NCBI GenBank assembly: GCA_000165425.1
Contig: CT867993.1
Span: forward strand, 186,001 to 250,000
DNA: 64,000 nt
Origin: Paramecium tetraurelia
Lineage: Eukaryota
Direction: 5' to 3'
The translations under genes were made by a program, and so were the position numbers. Under the pieces are notes generated by a model. That model worked only from the letters and a program-made list of their open reading frames with translations, searched no databases and was not told the origin of the DNA. Of this stretch, positions 1-13,296 are shown piece after piece; within the stretch, counting starts at the first letter, position 1, and each line of letters opens with the position of its first letter.

Positions 1-421
1 AAAACAACAAATCATGAATTTGAGCTGGACATTTTTAAAGTGGGTACTTTAATGTATAAATTGTACTAATTATTATGTAAAATTAGCTACAAAAAAAATA
101 TGTAAGGCGATTAAGACTAATTTCCTGAAATTCCAGATTTTGGAAGTGATCTTTTGAAAAATCTCCTTGAAAACTAGTCTTACTATAGATTTAATATGGA
201 TGCAGCCTTATAACATCGATACTTCAATTCTTTAAGCGGAGATGGAATTTATAAAGGTATTTATCCAAACATATTTAGAAATTTATTCAATGAATCCCAA
301 ATTTAAGGATAAGATCGAAGAATCCTAGTCTTACTAAACTAAGAATTTTAACACTCTATTATCTTTAACAAAATAATAATAATATTTTTAAGTAGATATG
401 TCGACAGAACTCTAAAACTGA
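1..421 (+). CDS. 3' end of a protein kinase-like gene (5' truncated by window edge)
   Basis: Code-6 translation with two small introns gives ELDIFKVGTLMYKL...FGSDLLKNLLENQSYYRFNMDAALQHRYF, resembling kinase subdomains IX-XI; TGA at 419-421. Confidence 0.6.
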
Positions 422-1401
422 TTTTATATTTTTTTTTAGTTTATTTAACTATTAAATTTAGATATTGATCTTCCAACGCAAATGCTATTTGAAGCCAACC
501 AGATATTTCATAACTTTGTTAAACTATAAATTAGAAATTTTAACTATTTTGATATTTATATGGTAACACTTTTATTGTTTCAATTTTTAATTATTTACAA
601 TATAGTATAAAAATATATTTATCGCATTTATTGCATGCATAAATAGTACGGTAATTACATTTCCATATCTTTGATACGTGATTTTTCTTTTATCAACTGT
701 GTCTTAATTAAACAAAATTTTGAAGATTAAACCAAATTGGGAATATAATAATAATTTAATTTATGGTAGTAAATTGAATTAAAAAAAAAATAATCTTTAA
801 CAAAGTTTAGGTAATTTACAGAACACAAGTTAACAGTTGAATTATACAATATCATAAATTCCCTAAAAATGTATATTATTAAGATCGTAAATTTATAATC
901 ATAGTTTTAAATTTCTTATGAATATTATAATTTATTGCTCAATCCTGTTTGAGGATAGTATTTATAGGATTTCAGTCGACTTCTATTAAATTCATAATAA
1001 CTTTTTTTTAGTAGCTTATAAATCTTATCAATTAAAGAAGAAAAATCTAATATAATAGTAAGAATATAATTTATTTGTTTAAAATACTAATATTATTTTA
1101 GGGTTCGTAAATATTGACCTATTCCATTTTCAATGAGATCTCTTGGGATTGAGAATATAAGAATGATTAAATCAACTTCTATAGTATTTTACTCAATAGG
1201 TACTCTAAACGATAGTTTTTTAATAAGTCAAAGGTAAAAAAATCAGTTAGACCCATTTATATTCTATTAATTTAAAAAACCTATTTTTTTTCTTTATGGA
1301 ATGATATTAATCAATCTTAATTTCTATAATTAATTATTAAATATTCTCAAATTTATTTACTCCTAAAAATAAGAATTTTATATTAGATAAATTTATTAAT
1401 A

Positions 1402-2744
1402 TCATAATCTAAATCCAGATTAATAACTCCCATTCGGTTATGTTTGCTTAATATATTGTGTATCACCCTATTTTAATAACAACCCTTTTGGAATAAACTC
1501 TCCTACTTATTATAAATGTTCCTGTAAGATTTTATTCTTCTCCTCCTCTATTACTTGTTATTTATAGACTTCTTCTCTTCTTTATCTTTCTAATTATTCC
1601 ATCTCTTTTTATTTTTCCATTTAAAACAATTGTAATCTTTGTTGCCATAATCTCTCAACTTCTTTTTTATGCTCCATTTCTTTCATTCTTCTTTTCTATT
1701 ATCCCAATTATTCAAGTTTATCATCTTCAGCAAATTTTTTCATCATTTGATCTCTAAAATCTCTTTCTAATTATTATTCTTCTTCTTTCTGCCTTTACTT
1801 TCTTATTCTGGCTTCTTATTCAGCTTATTGCATTTCTCTTTTCTAAAATTCTCTTTTATTTGCTTCATCAATATCCTTTTATCTCATCTAAGCATCATAT
1901 TATTCTTAATAAAGCTAGAATCTTAATTCTGTTAACAATTCTGCCTCTTACTTTCTTCTCTCTTCCTCTTCCTTCAATTTTTAGAAGATTTTATCTCTAC
2001 ACTATATCCAAAACAATACTTAGCTGCATTTTCTTCTTGTTTCTTTACTTTTATTTCATAAGCCTGTCTATCTTTCTCTTTTATGAAATCTAAGTATTTT
2101 TAATTTTCATCCCTTTCTCTTTGTTTCATTCTTTGGATAAGTTCTGCTTTTTCCCTTAATGCTACCTGCATATCAGAAAAAGCTATTTTTTTTTTTTTGG
2201 CAGAATCTTCCAAAAATTTTCTATCTTCTTCAATTAATTAATGAATAACTCTATTCACTTGATCCTTTTCATAAATATATTATTCTTTTGCTTCATCTCT
2301 CAATTATTCATGTTCTTTCATCTACTTTTATAAAGTCTGAAATTTATTATGTATAACATTTTACATATTTTCCCTCTAATCTTTAACCCAAACGGTATTT
2401 TTCTTTAGCTCTTTCTTCTTCTTATTCTCTTTTTAGTTTTTCAAGAATGGCTGCTTCTATTTCACTCTCTTATTTCTATCATAGAAAATATAACTGTCTG
2501 AAAATACCAAGTCTTAAATTCTTCTTAATTGTTATTCTGCTAATTATTGAGTTCTCTCTTTGGTGACATATGCTGTTTGTACTTTTTATTTTAGCAATTT
2601 GATTTCTTCACTTTCAGCACATATCCTTTCAATTTCTCTCTTTCTTTTTTCTTCCTCTACTTTTCTCTTTTATAATTCCCTAGCAAGCTAATCTTCAAGA
2701 CCATATGGATCAGAGATTGGATTTCTATTTTGATTGTGAATCAT
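1402..2744 (-). CDS. MNS1: Meiosis-specific nuclear structural protein 1 homolog (TPH coiled-coil ciliary microtubule inner protein)
   Basis: Begins MIHNQNRNPISDPYGLEDQLARELQKRKVEEEKRKREIERICAESEEIKLLKQKVQTAYVTKERTQQLAE and ends LQEHLQQVGEFIPKGLLLK, matching the N- and C-terminal motifs of MNS1; E/K/Q/R-rich coiled coil between. Confidence 0.8.
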
Positions 2745-2768
2745 GATAAAATAATTAATTATAATAAT

Positions 2769-4216
2769 TCATTTTAATACACCAGCTTAGATTAATGGGA
2801 GTAAATTTGCATTAGGTAAACTTTAGTTTCTATGCTTGTTAGGTCTTGCCTTTCTCTTATTTGGAGAAACTTCCTCAAGTATGGGCAATCTATTGTTCTC
2901 CAAAGATATTTTCGATTAATGTTGAGTTATCACCTCCAAAACACTCACTTCCTCTTAACTTTAATGTCTATTCGGTCTGACCTTCATAATCGGCTTTCTT
3001 ATTTACTTGTTGGCTATCGAAATAAATTCTATACTTTATTATATTATTCTAATATCAACAATACTTCTGGTTAAGCTTTGCGATTATTATGTACGTGGTC
3101 TTTTTTATCAATAGACTTTTAACTAGTTACATCTTCATAACTTCCATTCACACTCATTAAAGATCTTGGATTCGGACTTGCTTGTTGAGAATGTAAAGAT
3201 TTTATTTGTTTTCTATTGACACACTCATAACAAGGTTTTGGAAGCATGGATGTAAAATAATGGTAATTCTTAGGAAACTTAATGGTTGACAACAATGTAT
3301 TAGGTTCGTTATCTGTTTATTCTTGTTTTGGTAGTTCCTCCTATCTTTTCAAAAGAGATGGAAATTATAATAATTTATCGCAATTTGGTCTCAAATGAGG
3401 TTTCACTTACAACATTGACCTTATTGCATTGCTGAGATCTTGAGAATAATTATGAGAAATTCTAGGATAATACCCTCTAATAACTCTCTGATATAATTCT
3501 TCCATACTCTCTGCCTGAAATGGGGGCTTTAGGGCTGCCATCTCATACACAACGCAACCTAAACTCCAGATGTCTGATTTCTGATCGTAAGGTTGATCTT
3601 TCCACACTTCAGGACTTGCATAAAACGGTGTTCCTGTTTGAGTGTAAAGAAGTCCCTTCTTAGCAACTTTAGAAACATTCATATCCCCCAATTTTACATC
3701 TCCATTCTAGTATAAAAATACATTTGCACTCTGTTAAAATATTATATGTTATACCTTTAGATCTCTGTGTAGAATTTTTAATTCATGTAATGCTTTCAAT
3801 CCCCTCACTATTTAAATAAAAGTATTCCAAATTATTTGTTCCTCAATCAATTTCCCAGTTTTTTTAGAGTTTACAATTTTTTAGTACAAATCGCTACCGT
3901 CTGCAAATTCCATTACAATACTAACCGCAAAATTTATAGTTTTTACCATAATGAATTGCTTTGAATATCAATAAAAGCTTCTTTATAACTGATAATATTT
4001 GGGTGTTTTACAGAGGCTAATATACGAACCTCGTTCATTGCATTTTATTTTTCCTTATCATTCAAGTTCTATAATTTCACTTTCTTTAAAGCATATTCTT
4101 ATGAATCCTCCAATCTTTTTACCTTATATACAGACGAATAAGCTCCCTCACCTAATAATACCTGTTATATTCGTCTTACCTAATTTGGACAGCAGTTAAA
4201 AATCTTTCAAAGACAT
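2769..4216 (-). CDS. NIMA-related (NEK) Ser/Thr kinase with low-complexity C-terminal tail
   Basis: MSLKDFQLLSKLG-EGAYSSVYKV, YALKKV, NEVRILAS, HRDLK, GDMNVSK, GTPFYASPEVWKDQPYDQKSDIWSLG; several small introns; TGA at 2769-2771. Confidence 0.92.
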
Positions 4217-4295
4217 TGCTATTTATATATGTTATAATTATTGTTAAAATATTAATAATTATATATATATTAAGAAATTTTTATACTTTGATTTA

Positions 4296-5709
4296 TCATC
4301 CTCCAACCCATCTCACTTTAACTTTGAATGTCTAATATTCTTTAGTCAACTGCAGCATCTTTAATGTTAACGGAAGTTTACCTCCTCCTAGGGGTGTTTC
4401 ATTGATAAATAGATCAACAGAAGCTGCATCTCTACATATAAAATTGATTATTACTTAGAAATTCCTAAATATTGGTAAACTGCCTCCTATAATTATAATA
4501 GGGTGTTATTAGTATTTGTAATTGTTGAGAATTGTCGTACAATTTATCCATCCTAAATCTCAAAGTTGATTGTTATTTATTTTCCTGGACTTTAAACATT
4601 TGATTATGGAGGATTATTGACTTATGATTATCCATATTGACCTTATTTAGATTATTATAATTATTATTATTATTGCTATTAATATTGTTATTGTTATTGC
4701 TATTAATAAGCCATATTAGTTTATTAAACATTTTATTATTGATTGTACTGTTGATTTTGTTATTGATATGGTTGTTATTGATATTGTTGTTATTGATATG
4801 GTTGTTGCTGATTGTATTGCTGATTTTATTATGAATTATATTGGGTTTACCCTCCTGGATTTTATCCCTAAAAATGACTTTAATTAATCACATTGTTCCT
4901 AATTTAAGAATATAGAGATACTATTAAACAGGTCTTTAATTAAAGTTAGCTTGCTAATTATTTTGAAATTAATTAATTTGGCTTGATACTTTCCAATCCA
5001 ATTAGGCGAAATATTACAGTCCTATTGTATTAAGAGTAGTTTATGGATTCATTAATGACAAGTTTTTAGTGCCATGGTAAAGATGCTAATGCCTAAGGAT
5101 ATAAATTAAAATTTACTGTAGATCCACTCCTAAACTTTACTAACTGGCCAAGATCAAATCATGAATTGTAATATTATCACTTAATTAAAGTTAGATTTAC
5201 TAGTTCCCATTTTTTATATTGATATTGCTAATATGGTTTAATATTAATACAATTGTTTTGATTGTTGAGTATTGTACACTTATTATTATTGTTATTAGGG
5301 TAGTGTTGTTAAGACTTAAGGTTAATTTCTTGCTTGAGAATTGGTATAATCAATTTGATTTTGTTGATATGGCCGATTCTAGCTTCCAGATGGCTATATA
5401 TCTAAATTATTTTGATTTGGGTATTGCAATTATTTTTTTTAGAGTAAGAGTTTTGCTTTCTTTAATCCTCCTAAAACTTGTTGAAGGCTGTTGTTTGAAG
5501 GAATAATCACTTGGCCTGTGGCTTAGATTTGAATTTAGATATTACTTTAATCTAATCCATTTAGTTTCCTAAAAACATATTAGAATATTCTACTAAGAGT
5601 GGGTTGTTTGAATGAATTCGATTAGTTCATTTATACTCACTGTATCATCTATGCATAAGGTTGTTTTGCAGGTTGAATCAAATATTTCGATTTCTAGTTC
5701 AATTTCCAT
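4296..5709 (-). CDS. Protein with 2-3 ubiquitin-like domains separated by Q/N/Y-rich linkers, ending in C-terminal di-glycine
   Basis: Spliced last domain KQITINFEIQDGQIVRQFSTITNTNNTLLQLQEAVYQYLGISKDAASVDLFINETPLGGGKLPLTLKMLQLTKEYQTFKVKVRWVGG* follows the ubiquitin pattern; N-terminal and central segments begin similarly; QQPYQQQQYQQQPY linkers. Confidence 0.6.
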
Positions 5710-5864
5710 CTATTTCTATTATTTTTTGAAAATTAATTAAAAATATATTAAATCTTGATTGGGAATTCACAGACTTATTAGAGGGAATATAATTAATGTT
5801 GCTATTACGAAAATCGAGCCTAAACTATTTGAATATAAATATATGATATGCTTTAAAATAATTA

Positions 5865-8037
5865 TCAGAATTTATTAATGATGAGGTCTAAGACTTTATC
5901 AATTTCAGGTTCTGAATATTTCCAACAATCATCCCAAAACACCTCAACATAACCTAACTTCGTTTTCAACTCAAAGGAAGCCATCTGCCCTATACAGAGA
6001 TTAGGTTTCCTATTAGGTTGCGTCTCAATTGATTAATCCTAATCCACCTATTTCTCCTTTCCTACTAGACTGTTCAATCTTGAGGATGTATGTTTTGTGA
6101 AAATGAAATGCATAGTCATTGAGCATTTCATTTAAACCATCGTAACGTAATCTCTTTTTATCATGTCAATGAGAGATTGTTTATCGTTTTCAGCTAACAA
6201 ATAATCACTCCTTTTAAAAACAATTTTGTATTTATCATCAGAAACTTCGCTTGCTAAATACCTCTTATGATAGATTCCATTGTCTATGGTTATCCAGCCA
6301 ATGATATTTTATTCTATCAATCTGTTTAACACTGATTATTGAGACCATTAATCATCGAGTAACGGATATTTCAATTTTAATCTATTCAATTTAAAAACCA
6401 AAGTGTAATGATTATCATCAATATTATACGAATGCAAACCTATTATAACTGGTAAGAAGATTCCCAAACCACACATGAATTCCTACTCATACCTTAACCA
6501 TAATTATTACAATCCTCCACCTTTAGTTAATTGTCTCTTCTATTCATTGGTAATAAATTCAACTGAAATTAGATTATCATGAGATAAGAAGAAAGTCCCT
6601 TCACGGTTAATTCCTTATTATTATTATTTTACACATTCGACATTCTTTTCTACATCTAACGACATTTTTATTTCTTTCATTGTAATTCCAAAATACTCTC
6701 TTACTTTTTAATTCAGAATATCCTAACCAAAAGTTGTAATCAGAATATTGTTATTGTTACTTATTTGAATTGCTTTCTATAACATCTTATTGAATTGAAA
6801 GTGAGTCATCTCGTTATTTAATAGATTTTGGCCATCTTCTAACATCTCATAACTTGCATAAAGGAATAATCTCAATTAATTATGACCAACATGTTGAATG
6901 CCTTTTAATAACTACTAAGGATCTTCGTATACGGTTTCTTAAGGCAATAATTAAAGTGGCTAAAAGGATTCCAAAGACAATGAAATAGTATTGTTCTTTT
7001 TTTATCTGTAAACTTTGATTTCAATACTATTTATATCTTGGCCTTTGGTCTCGATTTGAATGTTTTCATAAGACTTCTGTATCGTGTCTGACCTCTCCTC
7101 ATTATTTGTATCCAAGAGTCTCTATTACAGAACCAACTTTTTCGGACGAAATAAATATCTCACGTGTCTATGGATTATTGGCTCATACAATCGAATTATG
7201 GTCATCATTAATGTGGCTATCACTTAAACGAATTGACACACAATTCTTAATCTTTCATCATCCTAAAAGTAATTTATAACCACAGGCTATCATAATGACA
7301 ATCATTTATACTATCAGCAATCTCGCAAATACATATAGCAATCCGTAAGTAACATTTATTTTAATGTAAGTTTGCAGGTATTTCTTTATGAACTTATCAA
7401 TTACAGTCTTGTATATTTCCGTTTGTAATATCTCTGGAGGATACTTTAACAACTTCATTAACATCGTTGATAGAATTATCATCACAATACCTCTTAGATA
7501 TACTAAGAATGTTGAAAACACATTGTGTGATTTTAAGTTACAATCTCCTAAAATACTAGTCAATGTATTATTAATACCTTACACCTAAATCATCAAAAAC
7601 CACTACGAGTATCAAAGAAATCAATGCTGCTGCAAATATTCCTATCTTGATCTCCCTTGATATATTGAAATCATTGTAATTCTTAGCATAAATCTAACAA
7701 TATAGGTTAACTATCAATAATGTGTTCAATAAATTATAAACAATTGAGACTATCAAAGAAGGAATGGCAATCATTTGGCAAGTCTTCTCATTAATAGACA
7801 AAATATTTTCTTATTAATCTAATGAGTCATCAACTTAATAAAACTGGCTAAACATAAGAAAGAGACTCATTATCTAAATAACATAATCAAATCTACAGAT
7901 TGAGAGATAAGAATTCCCAAGATAATCTGACCAGGGTTGTGTCTTAATCTCCTGATCTTTCTTTGCGCATGTATTAGGATCAAAGTTATCACAAAAATAA
8001 TTCCATACAAGGATGTAAGCATAATATTTCTGAACAT
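5865..8037 (-). CDS. 7TM GPCR-like domain fused to a degenerate PIP5K-type phosphoinositide kinase domain (GPCR-PIPK)
   Basis: N-half has about 7 hydrophobic segments with Cys at the top of TM3 (TCQMIA) and in ECL2 (LGDCNLKS). C-half has PIPK-like ITTFGQDILNQKVREYFGITMKEIKMSL and GINREGTFFLSHDNLISVEFIT. Confidence 0.7.
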
Positions 8038-8340
8038 TTTTTTGTTTTAATAATCTATATATTCAAATCATATTATTCATAATTTTAAATGCTTATTCTA
8101 CTCAGAATAATAACATAAATTGACTCCTTTAAACAACACCCATATCCAAAATATGCTTCACACTGGGATAATGTAATTTTAGAATTCAAATACTTATTTC
8201 ACTTCCATTTTCATAGGTTATCTCTAAAACTTGATTTTCGTTATATAATCTCAATTTAATTAATTATAAAAGAAATTTTTACTTTCTAGATAATCCTTAC
8301 CTAAGGAAATAAAACCTAATCTGAATATTAATAATAAAAA

Positions 8341-9624
8341 ATGAATATCAAGTTTGTTTACTAACAAAGGACTCATAAGATATCCTCAAAATATCAAACA
8401 TTGGCTGAAATAAGAACTGCGATGTAAAATATCTATCCAAATGAACTTTCTTAAGGATTCTCTCTGTATGTGACTTTGGATTAAAGTAAGCTTTTTATAA
8501 TTCACCAATAGCCCAAAGTCCTTATGAAATTCAGGATGAGTAGTTTTTCAAAAGGATTAAGGACTTATATGGTCACCTGGGATGGCAATCAATTAAGTTT
8601 CTTGTCAAAGATGTAAACTTTCCTGTTCTGACTACAGATGAGATCAACACACTCAATCAAAGTGTAGTAATAAAATCGAATGTGTAATTGAAATAATTTG
8701 ACGATATCTTATTGAAAAAAGCAGCAGATAAACCCCAACCTTAGAAATAGGAGATTAAAGAAAGTAATCCCTAACATTAACCTTAATAAACTAAAGTTGC
8801 AGACGGATTTACACAAGAGTAATTGATATTTCATAATTTTCAGGATAATTTAGCAGATAAATATGTTATCATTGCAAGATGTAGATTGCAATAGTGAAGA
8901 ATTCAAAAAATTTGTTTTCGAACTAATTGATGAGCGATTAGTGTTTCATGGAATCATTTAAAATCAAAAGCCATAACTTTAGTAGGAATAGCCGATAAAT
9001 CCAATATATAAAATGCAGGTTTTGTAAAAATAGAATAATCAAATTCATATGGAGATAGGGAAACCTTATAAATGGGAAATAGTTTTGAAAAATGATGGTA
9101 ACGTCATTTGGAAAAAAGGAATAGTAAAGTTAATTGGCATAGCTGGAACATTTAAAGACTTAAAGATAGAGGTATATTTGTAATCATGAATTTTAAGTTA
9201 TAAAACGATGTTAAACCCTAGGATACAGGATTGTTTTAATGTATGTTGAATCCACCAAACTAAAAGGTTAGTAATGCTATCAATGAATTTAAAGTAAGTG
9301 AAAACAATGATCGTAATTTAGTTGGCCCATTTTTCAAGTAACAAACCTGAATTTTTTGGACAAAAGGTGTGCTTCTGTTTGTTTGTGAATAATCAGGATG
9401 AGAAAATTAATAGAACATCAACAATAACTTAAAAAGATGCTCAATTTGATAGTAAGATATAATATAAAATTTAAGCTACCATTATAGACTAACAATTAAA
9501 AAAGATTTCAACTTTAGTATCTGTTCTGGGAGTTTCTAATTCTGAGGCGTAACTCTTTGTTCAATAAAACTAAAACCTAGATGTAGAACAACTAATTAAT
9601 ACCTACTTGGCAAGAAATAATTGA
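8341..9624 (+). CDS. NBR1/p62-like protein: PB1-like N-terminus, NBR1 FW (Ig-like) domain, C-terminal UBA-like helical domain
   Basis: MNIKFVYQQRTHKI (PB1-like); YKWEIVLKNDGNVIWKKGIVKLIGIAG...VKPQDTG (FW-like); ends QLKKISTLVSVLGVSNSEAQLFVQQNQNLDVEQLINTYLARNN*. Confidence 0.65.
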
Positions 9625-9735
9625 TTTATGAGTATATGTAAGCTAACATTTCACTTTTGGTAATTATTTTTTTTGTATAATCAGTGAGACAAGGGATGAA
9701 TAAATTAAATTCTTACTATATTATATTTTATAAAA

Positions 9736-11793
9736 ATGGACCCAGGTGGTTCTACATTTGATTTAACAGCGCCAGCCTAGTTTTTATAACCTAAAATTAA
9801 TGTTAGCAAGCAGGCTGAGTAACCGATCAACAAGCCTTAAAAGGATGTATGGAATGTATATATAAAGCAGTTACAACAAAAAACACAAGCTTCAAATTCA
9901 AAACTACCTTAATTAAACAGCAATTAGAATGTGGCGAAAGGTTCAAACCAAAAGTAGACCTAGCAGGTGCAATAATCATCTCCAAAGCCAATCTAGAAGG
10001 CTAAAAAGATTGATTTGTTTAGAGATGCATTGTCATAAGCAACAACAAAATATTTACGTATCTTGTATTTTGACCATAGCTCCTGGGAAAAAGGAGAAGG
10101 ACAAGACTCAAAAACCTAAACCATAATAAGAATTGCAACAGCAATAGATAGAGGAGATCAAGAAGGAATATGAGGATTTGGTGTAAAATCATTATAAAGA
10201 CTTGTATGGACATGTTGCGAATGATCAGTAGAAGAGTTTGCAGGATTTACATAATAAGAGAATTGTTACTGCGTTGCAGGATTTGGAATCCAGGCCGAAA
10301 GTTTAGAATGCTCTTGAGAAGAAGGAGGAACAAATCAATAAGCAAAGGTTGTATAAGGATAGACTACTGTATGACATCAAGTAGATGATCATAAAGAGCA
10401 GAAGGCTGGATGAATTACTGAATGATTTGGTGTTGCAAAATGAGGATACAGTTAAGGAGACAATAGAGGAGTTGTTGGAGAAGGAATAAGTATAGGAGGA
10501 GAAAATGGCGAAATAAACTTATGAAATCGCTAAGTTGAGAGACATGTATTTAAAAAGAAGTATTTTCAATTTGATAACGAAGGGAAACTATTGTTGGAAG
10601 TGCAAAAATAATGTCAAATCACCTATGATGGATTAAAAATCAAATATTAATAATATGAAGCATCCTCTCAGAGTATGATGAGTAGGAAGAAGCAATTGGA
10701 ATCGTTATCAAAGATAGTTGCAAAGTATCGAAGTGAGTTTTAGAGTTAACAGAACTTCTTTGGAGCCAGTCTAAGAGGGAGATTTGATCCTATGTTGGAG
10801 GAAATATTGGAGGATGAACTGTCCAAATGTGGTGATGAATAGGCTTTGGAGATCGTTTAGCAAGGGGAAAAGAAGATCATAGCCATCAAGGAAGATAATG
10901 AAAAGAGGAAGAGGGGGGAACAGAAAGATAAAGCCAAATTGGCAATTGAGAATGCGACTTAAAATATTAATAAACAAAAATAGGATATACAATAGGAATT
11001 GGAGAAAAAAGTACTTTTGTTAATTTTCTAATTAGAAATAAATGTTCTAAAAATTAAGAGTAGTTACTAGCATTTCAAATTAAGAGATCATGAAGAAATA
11101 TAAATTAAATATGGATTTAGATTAAAATGAATTAAAAAACATTCAAGAATATGTTGGAAAAGAAATTGAAAGATACGAAAGATAGAATGATGAATTAAGG
11201 TCAGAAATTAAAAAATTGAAATATGAATAAGAGAATTCAATATTAGATGCTCAAATAAATTTGGATCAATTGGAAAGAGATGTTACTAAATAATAAGATT
11301 GTTTGTCAGAAAAAGAGAAATAAGTTAAAAAAGTTGAAAAATCAATAGATGAAGTGACCATGTCCTTATCTAGAATTATGTATCAATTAAGTGGTAAAGG
11401 AATGAAGGCAAAAAACATCGAAATTAAAAGGTCTGCTTTAGTAGCAACAGCCTCGACTATCTAATTACGTTTGGAAAGAATGCTAACAGTGCTGTCAAAA
11501 ACATAAGAGTTCTTAAATGAAGAATCTATTAACACAAATCCAAGATACAATAAGGTTGAAGATTTTATATGTTTGAATCCAAAGGTATAATAAATTAATT
11601 AATTTAGAGTTATATATCCCAAGAAATTAATGAGTAAGTCGAGGGTAACATAAAGTTTGTGTATAAGGAAGAGGATAGCTCTGATGAAGATTGCAAAGAT
11701 ATGGATGAAGTGAGATAATAAGTAAAGACCAAAGCTTAAGAAGATAAACCGTAAGTAGTTGTAGTACAAAAGAAAGATAAAAAACTTAAGTGA
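9736..11793 (+). CDS. Long coiled-coil protein of unknown function
   Basis: ATG 9736 (MDPGGSTFDLTAPA), E/K/Q-rich heptad-like sequence across several small introns, TGA 11791-11793. Confidence 0.7.
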
Positions 11794-12075
11794 TATTATT
11801 TTTCTTTCCATTATAAATATATCTATAAAGATTAAAGCATTTATCCAGCAGCTTCGAAGGATAAATTATGATCTAATACAAAAGAAAATTCCATTATTTC
11901 AAAGTATGTGTAATTTGACTGAATAATAAATGATTACATAGAAGACTTTATTAATACATCTGCATAGTCGTATAGACACTTTTGAAACAAAGGATTCCTC
12001 CATTAAACTATGGGATAGTTATTTAAAAATGATATAATGAACTAAGTTGATTTCTAATCGTATATATAATAGTAA

Positions 12076-12477
12076 TCAAAAATTGTATAAAAAGAAGGAT
12101 TCACTTTAATCTAGATGTTCTTCCCATCTTGAAATTGAATTTTTGGTTATCCTTAATTTTTCATCATTTTATTTAGATATTGTTCCATTGATTAGGTGAT
12201 TTTTCTCATTTCCTATGATTCTCCTACTTCTCATAGTTTTATATGGAGTTGTCTTGTTGAAGCTGAGATTCAATTTTGTAGCCTGAATTCTTAAAGGAGT
12301 GCAGCATTGAAAAGGACCTTTCCTTTTCTTTTTTTCTGTTCTCTATTTCTCTAAGTAAGAATTGAAAAATGATATCTATTCATCCAATCGAGAAATGTCT
12401 TTCAAATAGGTCTCTGATTTAGCAATTGGGAGTGGACTAAAGTTTAGTAGTCTTTTTTATGATCGACTTGTAATCAT
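12076..12477 (-). CDS. Small basic hypothetical protein (~133 aa)
   Basis: Uninterrupted code-6 frame MITSRSQKRLLNFSPLPIAKSETYLKDISRLDEQ...SESFFLYNF*. Confidence 0.55.
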
Positions 12478-12676
12478 ATATAAATTAATTTAATATACTT
12501 GAATAAAATCCAAAATATAAATAACAGATCGGATTCTCTTTATAATGGACATTTACTCGATATATTCACAGATATTTGAGATAGATCTACGTATTTTGAT
12601 TGGATAATATTAATCGTTGTTTTTAAATGAATTTAATCATCAATATATTAATTAACTATATAATCATTTGCAATCT

Positions 12677-13296
12677 ATGTCAACCAAGAGACAAAACTAA
12701 AAAGAGAAGTAAAAGATTATGCAACCATTACAAGAGCATAATGAGAGTACAATTATTTAAATTGATAGTGGTAGCTGAACCTAAAATACTTTCATGTGAA
12801 GGTACTTTTCAAAGTCATTTTAGTTGGAGACACTCAGAAATAATTTCAAATTGATAACATGAGGGACTCTAATGAATATCTAAATTCAGATGTAACTTAT
12901 CAATAATATTGCAAGAAAGAACTCAATTTAGACTAATTTGAACAATTCCCGTAAAACTCAAGCAACAACCTGATCGATAACAATTATCCATTGAAAATGA
13001 TGGATTCAACTCAGCAATAAGATTGTAAAAAGATATAAAAGTAGAATGCTTCAACTAAACAAACAAATGATTTTCAATAATTGCAAGAGATCCAAAATCC
13101 AAACTAATTGGATCGGAAAAGTCTATAAAAGTAATCTAAAGAGACCAAACCATAAAGTACATTAAATGAGGAAATCAAAACTTTTGAAGAAAGAATTGTG
13201 AAATATACATCAGAAGTCAATCAAGAAATTAAGTTGAGTCCTAAGCTTTCAGACGAATGGAAAAAGAAGTTTACCTTCATTAAAAAAAAGAAATGA
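12677..13296 (+). CDS. Hypothetical protein
   Basis: MSTKRQNQKEKQKIMQPLQEHNE with two 22-nt GT..AG introns restoring frame; ends KLSPKLSDEWKKKFTFIKKKK*. Confidence 0.6.

Noticed and set aside
4640..4830. TTG/TTA/CTG triplet repeats as a possible satellite or CRISPR-like array
   Set aside because: They are minus-strand Gln codons of a Q-rich linker; there is no repeat-spacer structure.
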